A stretch of DNA of 64,000 bases from Ranitomeya imitator (lineage: Eukaryota), in contig NC_091284.1 in assembly GCF_032444005.1 (NCBI RefSeq), forward strand, positions 572,136,001 to 572,200,000, given 5' to 3'. A program made the translations under genes and the position numbers. Of this stretch, positions 51,815 to 61,651 are shown one piece after another; position 1 is the stretch's first letter, and the number at the start of each line of letters is the position of its first letter. Below the pieces are notes generated by a model. That model saw only the letters and a list, made by a program, of their open reading frames with translations. It did not search any database and was not told the DNA's origin.

Positions 51815-52559
51815 TTATCAATATAGGAGGAAAAAGCAGAATGTTAGTGACGTTATTAATGGTGATGACACAGAATTTTGTGAGAATGTTAAGGACAAAC
51901 ACTTCAGTGACACAATCCTAACAGAGCACAGCCTAGGTGTAAAGACACAAACGTTTTTTTTTTCACATCGACCATACAGAACACAGCCTAAGAATAGCTA
52001 ATCTTTTCAGCAAATAGTTTGGCAGCCTTCTGCTCCATGTATGAACTCGCTGATTTAGCACTTCTTTTTTTCATTGTCTAAAAATAAAGCACTAGAAGGC
52101 AAGAAAGCAATTCTCTGCCATGTCTTCCAGTATGAAATGGATACATACACAAAGTATGTATATTCTGCACACCAACCTGCGGGATTCTTTGGATTTCGTA
52201 ATCTAAGAATTTTATACGTAAGATTCACGGGGACTCCTCACCTATGTGCTGACATTCAATATGCATCTACTGCTGACCTGCTCACTTTGCGGTTTGACCC
52301 CAGACTGCTGCCTTCTGGGTTTTTTTTTCTTCCACTGCGCCATAGTCCCAACTGTTGATACTGATCTCCTGAACTATAACTTTAAAGCATACTTCCAGTT
52401 TTATAGGACCTAAATATATTGCAGGACTTTGCAATGTGTATGTTTTCTTTTATAACTGCGGCAAGTCATATCACATTTATCCATGAACTGACCAAGATCT
52501 GTGCTGCAGGATGCACTTAAAGGGAGTCTGTCACCCCTGAAAAGCAACCTAAACTAATT

Positions 52560-53745
52560 ACCCCTTCACGACCAGAAGGATTTCCGTTTGTGCGTTTTCA
52601 TTTTTTACTCCCCTTCTTTCCAGAGCCAAAACTTTTTTTTTTATTGGCCATTTGAGGGGTTGCTTATGAGGGACGAGTTGTACTTTTGAATGACACCATT
52701 GGTTTTAACATATCGTCTAATGGAAAACGGGAATAAAATTTCAAGTGCGGTGAAAATTGCAAAAACCGTGCAATTCCACAGTTGTTTTTTTGTTTTTTAC
52801 CATGTTCACGAAATACTAAAACTGACCTGCCATTATGATTCTCCAGGTCATTGCGAGTTCACAGACACAAAAAAAAACCCTTGACATTTTGAAGTGGTGA
52901 AAAAAAAATTCCAAAGTTTGGTAAAAAAAAAAAATGGCGCCGTTTTCCAAAACCTGTAGCGTCTCCATTTTTTGTGACTTAGGGCTGGGTGAGGGCTTGT
53001 TTTTTGCGCTCCAAGCTGACATTTTTATTGATACCATTTGGGTGCAGATACGATCTTTTGATCGCCTGTTATTGCAATGTAGCAGCGACCCAAAAAATTT
53101 AATTTTGACTCTTTGAATTTTTTTTCTTGTTACGCCGTTTAGTAATCGGGTTAATTCTTTTTTTTTTTTTTTTTTTTTTTTTAAACATCGGGCGATTCTG
53201 AACACAGTGATACCAAATATGTGTATATTTGATTTTTTTTTTTTTTAAATAATTAAATGGAGAAAAAGGGTGGTGAGTGACTTGAACTTTTTATATATAT
53301 ATATTTTTAAACTCTTTTTTTATATACTTTTTGCATGCTTCAATAGTCTTCATAGGAGACTAGAAGATGCACTAGTTCAATCGCCTCTGCTACACACAGA
53401 TTATGATCAGATTGTCTGTCTGTGTGCAGCATAAATGCTCACTTGCCACGAACAGCGACCACTGGGCGATTCTCATAGCAATTCAGCAATAACAACCATA
53501 GAGGTCTGCTTCAGACCTCTGGTTGTCATTCCGACCCATCGGTGACCTGTGATCATGTGACTGGGTCACCGATGGACGGGATTTACGTTGCACTCCAGGT
53601 AAGTGTGAGTTAAATTCTGACAGCGGCGTTTAACTAGTTAACAGCAGTCGGTGGATATCAGCTGACCTGTGCCCGTAAAGGTGCGGGCTCTGCGCCAGAG
53701 CCTGCACCAAAGAAGGGGCATCCAACAACAGTGTACTAAACCTTT
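52560..53745. mobile_element. older piggyBac-like non-autonomous element
   Basis: Starts CCCCTTCACGACC; collinear with 4985-6242; ends degenerate. Confidence 0.65.
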
Positions 53746-53781
53746 ATAAAAGGGACTTGCACCCTAAAAAAATCATATTAA

Positions 53782-54130
53782 GGCTATGTGCACACATAGA
53801 ATGGGCCACTGCGGATTTTTCCGCAGCGGATTTGATAAATCCACATTGGAAAACCGCTGCGGTTTTTAATGCAGATTTATTGCGGATTCTACTGCGGATT
53901 TTCATCTGCAGTATTTTATTGGAGCAGATGTAAAACCGCTGCGGATTCCGCACAAAGAATTGACATGCTGCGGAAAATAATCCGCTGCGTTTCCGCGCTG
54001 CTTTTTCCACAGCATAGGCACAGCGTTTTCTGTTTCCCATAGGTTTACATTGTACTGTAAACTTATGGGAAACTGCTGCGGATCCGCAGCTGCGGAAACA
54101 CTGCGGATTCGCAGCAAAATCCACATCGCG
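53782..54130. mobile_element. Harbinger-type MITE, right end missing
   Basis: TAA|GGCTATGTGCACAC; GCGGATT-rich body. Confidence 0.7.
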
Positions 54131-54488
54131 GATACATTTCACCATTTGTATTTAGTTTGTATTTTACCATACAGTATACATTTCACCATTTGTATTTAAT
54201 TTGAAAAGTTATGCAAATGAGGCAGTTTTGATGCACCATTAGTGTGGACAAGAGCTTGGTACACCCTTATGCCTCCATCATTTTTGCATACGGAGCAGTT
54301 CCCTGCTTCTTATTGGCAGTGCTTACTTGCGTCATGGGTATAAAGTGACGGAAGGGTCAGAAGATCATGGTGTCTGGTTACACGTGCACTCGCACTGGTT
54401 GGATCTGCTTTGCCTTCCAGTTAGCTGTGTAGATTTCCCTTGTTCCCAGTTCGGTTTGTCTCCTAGAGCTCTCTATCCTGAGTTCTAA

Positions 54489-54892
54489 GGGTACCGTCAC
54501 ACAGTGCAATTTTGATCGCTACAACGGTACGATCCGTGACGCTCCAGCGTCGTAACAATATCGCTCCAGCGTCGTAGACTGCTGTCACACTTTGCAATCT
54601 ACGACGCTGGAGCGATAATTTCATGACGTATGTGCGATGTAGAAGCCGTTGGTTACTATGCGCACATCGTATACGATATATGTTACACCATGCAATCATG
54701 CCGCCACAGCGGGACACTAGACGACGAAAGAAAGTTTCAAACGATCTGCTACGACGTACGATTCTCAGCGGGGTCCCTGATCGCAGGAGCGTGTCAGACA
54801 TTGCGATATCGCTCGAACGTCACAGATATATCGCTCGAACGTCACGAATCGTGCCGTCGTAGCGATCAAAATTTCACTGTGTGACGGTACCC
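54489..54892. mobile_element. Harbinger-type MITE
   Basis: TAA|GGGTACCGTCACACAGTG ... CACTGTGTGACGGTACCC|TAA. Confidence 0.88.
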
Positions 54893-55115
54893 TAAGCCGT
54901 TCTGATTTCTGTACTCCTCTATGGAATAAATACCTCTTAGCTTGAGTAGTTGCTAGTGATAGCTTGCTATAACCTGATTAGGAGCTGGAGGTGTGAGCTG
55001 CGTGAAGAGATGTTGTTTCTGGAGATATGCTTGGAAGTTTGTTTGAGTGTCTTCCTTTTACCTTATTTCCTGTTTTGGTTAGCCTCACCTTTTTCTTTCC
55101 TTTTCAGAGCGTGTA

Positions 55116-55809
55116 AAGGTACCGTCACACTAGACGATATCGCTAGCGATCCGTGACGTTGCAGCGTCCTCGCTAGCGATATCGTCCAGTGTGACAGGCA
55201 GCAGCGATCAGGCCCCTGCTGTGCTGTCGCTGGTCGGGGAAGAAAGTCCAGAACTTTGTTTCGTCGCTGGACTCCCCGCAGACATCGCTGAATCGGTGTG
55301 TGTGACACCGATTCAGCGATGTCTTCGCTGGTAACCAGGGTAAACATCGGGTAACTAAGCGCAGGGCCGCGCTTAGTAACCCGATGTTTACCCTGGTTAC
55401 CATCGTTAAAGTAAAAAAAACAAACGCTACATACTTACCTACCGCTGTCTGTCCCCGGCGCTGTGCTTCTCTGCTCTGGCTGTGAGCACAGCGGCCAGAA
55501 AGCAGAGCAGTGACGTCACCGCTGTGCTTTCCGGCTGCCCGGCGCTCACAGCCAGAGCAGAGAAGCCCAGCGCCGGGGACAGACAGCGGTAGGTAAGTAT
55601 GTGGCGTTTGTTTTTTTTACTTTAACGATGGTAACCAGGGTAAACATCGGGTTACTAAGCGCGGCCCTGCCGGGTTACCGGGGACCTCGGGATCGTTGGT
55701 CGCTGGAGAGCTGTCTGTGTGACAGCTCTCCAGCGACCAAACAGCGACGCTGCAGCGACCGGCATCGTTGTCGGTATCGCTGCAGCGTCGCTTAGTGTGA
55801 CGGTACCTT
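55116..55809. mobile_element. AAGGTACC-type MITE, complete copy
   Basis: AAGGTACCGTCACACTA ... TAGTGTGACGGTACCTT; internal hairpins. Confidence 0.88.
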
Positions 55810-56179
55810 TAAGTGATTGCTGTTTCTTTTATCCTTCTCTGTTTCCCTTTGTGTATTTGTTAGAGCAGGACTAGTGTTCCTGCTACCCTACAAACTAATC
55901 AGGGTCATTCTCAGGTGAAGACAGGGATAGGAACTTGATTGCCACACTGGGTAAAAGATCCCATCTAGCGACGATAGGGAGCTTAGGGTTGCGCAGATTT
56001 TACTGCTGCTCTGTATACCGACCCCTGGCGTATTGGTCGGTATACGGTACTAGGCTGCATACTACTCCTTAAAACTACATTGCTGCTCCTATGTACTGAC
56101 TCCTTGGCTATCCTTGACTGGGCTAATACGTTGGTTCCTGCTGGTAAAAACTAACTTAGAGTTGCAGAAAGCTAAATAA

Positions 56180-56730
56180 AAACTGAGATGTTACAAAAGG
56201 CCCAGGAAGATTGCAAAGAAACAGCAGATAAACAATGCAAAGCCCCTTCTAACCTTCAGGTCAGTGACAAGGTTTGACTTTCTCCCCCCAAAAAATCTGA
56301 AAACGAACGTACCATCGCCTAAACTGGGTCAAAAATTCATAGGACATTTTCCAATTTCTGCACAAGTTAACAGTTTCTTTCCATTTAAAACTTCCTAACC
56401 GCCTTAAAATTCACCCTGTGTTCCATGTATCCTTTATCAAACCATTCAGTGAGAACCCATTTCTAGGAAGAACTCGGTAATCTCCTCCCCCAGAAAGTCC
56501 ATGAAGAAGAAAGGTATGTTGTGGATGAAATTCTGGAATCTAGAAGATTGAGGAAGACTACCATATTTGGTGCAATGGAGGGGTTACGGACCAGAAGATA
56601 ATTCATGGGAGCCGGATGGCAACATCCATGCACCCAGGCTTACAAACAGTGTCCGACTTTGGTGCCAGGGACCCACCAGTAACATTGACTTGGGGGGGGT
56701 GCTCATCGGCCCCATATGTCAGTAAGGGAT
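56180..56730 (+). mobile_element. degenerate Gypsy integrase end, chromodomain and PPT
   Basis: [41 protein letters not shown] in broken frames; GGGGGGG at about 56692-56699. Confidence 0.75.
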
Positions 56731-56947
56731 GTAATGCCTTGATGGTGGCCCTGACAATGATTACACAAGAACCACATGACGGATTTCTTCACCCCAGGTA
56801 TCATTTTTAAGAGTATAACAGCAGCAACATGACAATGTCTGTAGTTTTCTTAGCAAAATCCTGCTGACAGGTACGCTTTAATACAACAAATTTAAAATTC
56901 CATGTCCCTTAGCTTCATGACTAAATCTTTCAAATCTAAATGGCTTA

Positions 56948-57709
56948 GGCTGGTTTCAGATTTGCGTTTTTTGCCGCTGCGTTTTAGTGCAAAAAAAGCA
57001 TGTGTTTTTTTCCTATACTTAACATTAAAAACGCATGCGGTTTTTATGCATGCGTTTTGCCGCGTTTTGACAACGCATGCGTCGTTTCTATGCATGCGTT
57101 TTGTTGCAGAAATGCAACATGTAGTAATTTCTAGCGGCGTTTTTTTTGCCGCAAAAACGCATGCGTTTTTTTGCCACAAAAAAAAGTATTGCTGTCTATG
57201 TAAACGCATGCGTTTTTAAGCACATGCGTTTGCATGCGTTTTAATAGAAAAACACAAGAATACACACTGATAAGCCACCCCCCAACCCTAACCCTAGGGA
57301 TCCTAACCCTAACCCTAAGGGTTAGGGTTAGGAACCCTAAGGGTTAGGGTTAGGATCCCTAGAGTTAGGGTTAGGAACCCTAAGGGTTAGGGTTAGGATC
57401 CCTAGGGTTAGGGTTAGGATCCCTAGGGTTACTAGGGATCCTAACCCTAACCCTAACCCTAGCTATTTCTGTTTATAGTGGGTTTTCTAGTTGATTTTGA
57501 TGATTGGCAGCTGTCCCACACTTCTCATCATGCGTTTCAAAAACGCAAACGCAGGAAAAAACGCATGTAAACGCATAAAAACGCCGCGTTTGTTTTAAAA
57601 CATGCAAAAAAGCATGCGTCTAAAAAAACGCAGTGTTTAAACGCGTTTTTTCACCACATACGTTTGCGTTTAAAACGCTGCGTTTTTAAACGCAAATGTG
57701 AAACCAGCC
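56948..57709. mobile_element. Harbinger-type MITE with a telomere-like fold-back core
   Basis: TTA|GGCTGGTTTCA ... TGAAACCAGCC|TTA; ACGCATGCG-rich arms; TTAGGG/CCCTAA array at 57281-57462. Confidence 0.85.
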
Positions 57710-58434
57710 TTAGATTGAATCCGCTTATACTCATTGGGCATCAATATTTTTGTTCATTGTTTATACCTCTTTGCAATAATTGACAAAACAATTGCTATGA
57801 CAAAACAATTGCTATTACAGCTAACGTTAAAATAGTTTCTACTTTATTACTTGTATGAATTTCTAGAAAATTCCACAAGTGCTTTGTTATAGAAAGGTTA
57901 CATTACAGAAAACCTTCCTATGTCTACATAAGCTGTAGCAGAGGAACCACAAACTATCCGTCTCTGTGTTTGTCCCCAGCTCTGCTCTTAGAAATGTGGT
58001 GATAGGACATTCCAGTTTGTGTTCTAGCTGCAGCTGTCAGGATTCATTAAGCCTTCTCCTTGTAGGGAAAGCATCATCATGACATTAGCTGTGTGTAACT
58101 TACACTAGGAATACAGTTTTCTTCTCTCTGGAGGGAAAATCCAATGCTAACATTCAAGTGGTTTCTACCGCCAAGAAATGCAGGGATCATTCTTGTCTGA
58201 TGATCTTGTTCTCCAGGTACAAGGTAATCACTGTCTTGCGTTACTTACAAGTAGAATAAAATTTTGTTGTTCTTCACTTTTTTTTTATTCTTCAATTAAT
58301 TACATATAAGTAATCAGAATGATGTGTAATTTAGCTACTATACAACATATACATTTATTGAGGCTGCTCATTTGCATAGTAAAGATGAAAATATATCCAC
58401 GATTCAATGAAAACTACCAACGTATTAATCAGAC

Positions 58435-59480
58435 AAATCCTACATGGATATTTGATGAGGCAATGGTGTATCCATCTCATTACACTTCTTTGAAAAGTAC
58501 AATTTTAATATCTCATCGAACACCAAAACAGTCTTGTCAAAATTTTGGAAACTGAGTTTGATGGAACATTTTTTAACCCATAACATGAAAGTAAGGTTAA
58601 CATTATAACTTTCATTACAAAATCTCCAGTTTTACTCAGATGATTCACAAATGAATACTCCCCACATCAAAAATTATTGCAGCATGTATTTTGTATGACC
58701 TCCATGATTTATGATTCTATATGTTTCCATTCTTCAAGAACAACATCTTTCAAGCCTGGATGATTGATGGAGAGTGAAGCTCAACTTGTGTCTTCAGAAT
58801 TCCCCATAGGTGTTTCAGTTGCGTTCAGTTCAGGAGACATACTTGGCCATTGAATCACTTTCACCATGATCTTCAGAAATGCAACAGATGTGTGTTTTTG
58901 ATCATTGTCGTGTTAGAAAAGTGACTACTGAGGGCACGGAGTGATAGTAGCATTTTCTCTTTCAATATAGTGCAGTACATCTGTGAATTCATGATATCAA
59001 TGAAATGAAATGTAGCTCTCTGACACAAGCAGCACTTATGTCTAGAAGAGTTGGTGCTGTACTTAAAAATCATAGCGGTCATACAAAATACTAAATGTAG
59101 TAGATTTTGATGTGGGGTGTATTTATTTTTGCTTCAACCAATTTGAGTACAACTGACAATTTTGTAATGAAAGTTGTATTACCTTACTTTTATGTTTATA
59201 CTATAAATCCTACATGGATATTTGCTGAGGCAATGGTGTATCCATCTCATTACACTTCTTTGAAAAGTACGATTTTAATATCTCACCGAACACCAAAACA
59301 GTCTTGTCAAAATTTTGGAAACTGAGTTTGATGGAACATTTTTTAACCCATAACATAAAAGTAAGGTTAACAGTTTAACTTTCATTACAAAATCTCCAGT
59401 TTTACTCAGATGATTCACAAATGAATACTCCCCACATCAAAAATTATTGCAGCATGTATTTTGTATGACCTCCATGATTT
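58435..59480 (+). repeat. 276-bp direct duplication (58435-58710 and 59205-59480) around a decayed Tc1 piece
   Basis: AAATCCTACATGGATATTTG ... GACCTCCATGATTT present twice, 770 bp apart, with few substitutions. Confidence 0.9.
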
Positions 59481-59557
59481 TTAAGGACTGATTCAAGTCT
59501 ACTAGGCATGGAATGAATAAGTTTGTGAAATACAACATCTATATGTTCTGATATATA

Positions 59558-60649
59558 CTAGATGGTGGCCTGATTCTAACGCATCGGCGGGTATTCTAGA
59601 GCATGTATGTATGTACGTAGTATATAGCACAGCCACGTAGTATATAGCACAGCCCATGCAGTATACTAGATGGTGGCCTGATTCTAACGCATCGGCGGGT
59701 ATTCTAGAGTATGTATGTATGTATGTACGTAGTATATAGCACAGCCACGTAGTATATAGCACAGCCCATGCAGTATACTAGATGGTGGCCTGATTCTAAC
59801 GCATCGGCGGGTATTCTAGAGTATGTATGTATGTACGTACGTAGTATATAGCACAGCCACGTACTATATAGCACAGCCCACGTAACAGACATCCACGTAG
59901 TATATAGCACAGCCACGTAGTATATAGCACAGCCCATGCAGTATATAACACAGGCATGTAATATATAACACAGCCCACGCAGTATATAACACTGCCCATG
60001 TAGTATATAGCAGCCTGGCAGTATATAACAGCTCACGTAATATATAGCACAGCCCACATAATATATAACACAGCCCACGCAGTATATAATACAGCCCACA
60101 AAGTATATAACACAGCCCATGTAGTATATAACAGAGCTCATGCACTATATAACACAGCCCACGTAGTATATAGCAGTGTGGGCACCATATCCCTGTAAAA
60201 AAAAGATGAAAATAAAAGTTATATACTCACCCTCCGTCGTCCACCGAAGCTGTCCCGACGCGCGTGATGCGGCCGCCAGCTTCCGTTCCCAGAGATGCAT
60301 TGCGAAATTACCCAGATGACTTAGCGGTCTCACGAGACTGCTAAGTCATCTGGGTAATTTCGCAATGCATCTCTGGGAACAGAAGCTGGCGGCAGCATCG
60401 CACGTCGGAAGGTGAGAATAGCACAATTTTTTTATTATTATTTTTAACATTATATCTTTTTACTATTGATGCTGCATAGGCAGCATCAATAGTAAAAAGT
60501 TGGTCCGGGATGGGGCAACACACTGGCACTGACTGGAGGGGAGTAGGGAGGGGGCACTGATTGGTCGCGGCTGGCAGCAACGTGCGATTTCCATTACAGA
60601 CAGACAAACAGAAAGACAGAAGTACCCCTTAGACGATTATATACATAGA
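59558..60649 (-). mobile_element. non-autonomous Helitron with triplicated 3' terminus
   Basis: Minus-strand 5' TCTATGTATATAATCGTCTAAGGG at 60649; CTAG and hairpin modules at 59558, 59666 and 59778; GTATATAGCACAGCC minisatellite; family of 51018-51814. Confidence 0.85.
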
Positions 60650-60848
60650 CTAGATGGTGGCCCGATTCTAACGCATCGGGTATTATAGAATATGTATGTA
60701 TTTATATACGTTGCGCTTAGCACAGCCACGTAGTATATAACACAGCCACGTAGTATATAGCAGCCACATAGTATATAGCACAGCCCACGCAGTATATAAC
60801 ACAGCCCACGCAGTATATAACACAGCCCATGCAGTATATAACGCTGCC
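60650..60848 (-). mobile_element. Helitron 3' end abutting the previous copy, interrupted by a Gypsy LTR
   Basis: CTAGATGGTGGCCCGATTCTAACGCATCGGG starts immediately after the 5' end of the left Helitron. Confidence 0.82.
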
Positions 60849-61651
60849 TGTTATGAAAGGCAATTCAGTATCACAATGGACATGGAGGTCAGAGCACATA
60901 CAGTGATCTGACAATAACCCAAAATAATAGAACGAGCTCTGAGACGTGGGAACTCGGCAGACCGCAATCCCTGATCCTCTACAAACACAACTAGAGGCAG
61001 CCGTGGATTGCGCCCAACGCTACCTATGCAACTCGGCACAGCCTGAGAAACTAACTAGCCTGAAGATAGAAAAAATAAGCATACCCTGCCTCAGAGAAAT
61101 ACCCCAAAGGAAAAGGCAGCCCCCCACATATAATGACTGTGAGTAAGATGAAAAGACAAACGTAGGGATGAAATAGATTCAGCAAAGTAAGGCCCGATAT
61201 TCTAGACAGAACGAGGATAGGAAAGATAACTTTGCGGTCTACACAAAACCCTAAAGAAAACCACGCAAAGGGGCAAAAAGACCCTCCGTACCGAACTAAC
61301 GGCACGGAGGTACACCCTTTGCGTCCCAGAGCTTCCAGCAAAACAAATAGACAAGCTGGACAGAAAAAATAGCAACAAATAGCAAAGAAGCACTTAGCTA
61401 TGCAGAGCAGCAGGCCACAGGAATGATTCATAGAAACACAAGTCCAACACTGGAACATTGACAGGAAGCATGAATCAAAGCATTAGGTGGGGTTAAGTAG
61501 AGAAGCACCTAACGACCTCACCAGATCACCTGAGGGAGGAAACTCAGAAGCAGCAGTACCAGTTTCCTCCACAAACGGAAGCTCCCAGAGAGAATCAGCC
61601 GAAGTACCACTTGTGACCACAGGAGGGAGCTCTGCCACAGAATTCACAACA
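60849..61651 (-). mobile_element. 3' LTR of a Gypsy chromovirus
   Basis: TGTTATGAA ... TTCACAACA termini; minus-strand polypurine tract AAGGGGGGGGG-TAC at about 61652-61666. Confidence 0.88.

Noticed and set aside
57281-57462. Ancient telomere-telomere chromosome fusion site
   Set aside because: Short, has many strand switches, and sits inside a MITE with TSD; similar tracts occur in other TEs here.
59558-60200. CRISPR-like repeat array and ORFs such as 59704-60141 (CVIYYVG repeats)
   Set aside because: Eukaryotic Helitron minisatellite; spacers are not unique and there are no cas genes.
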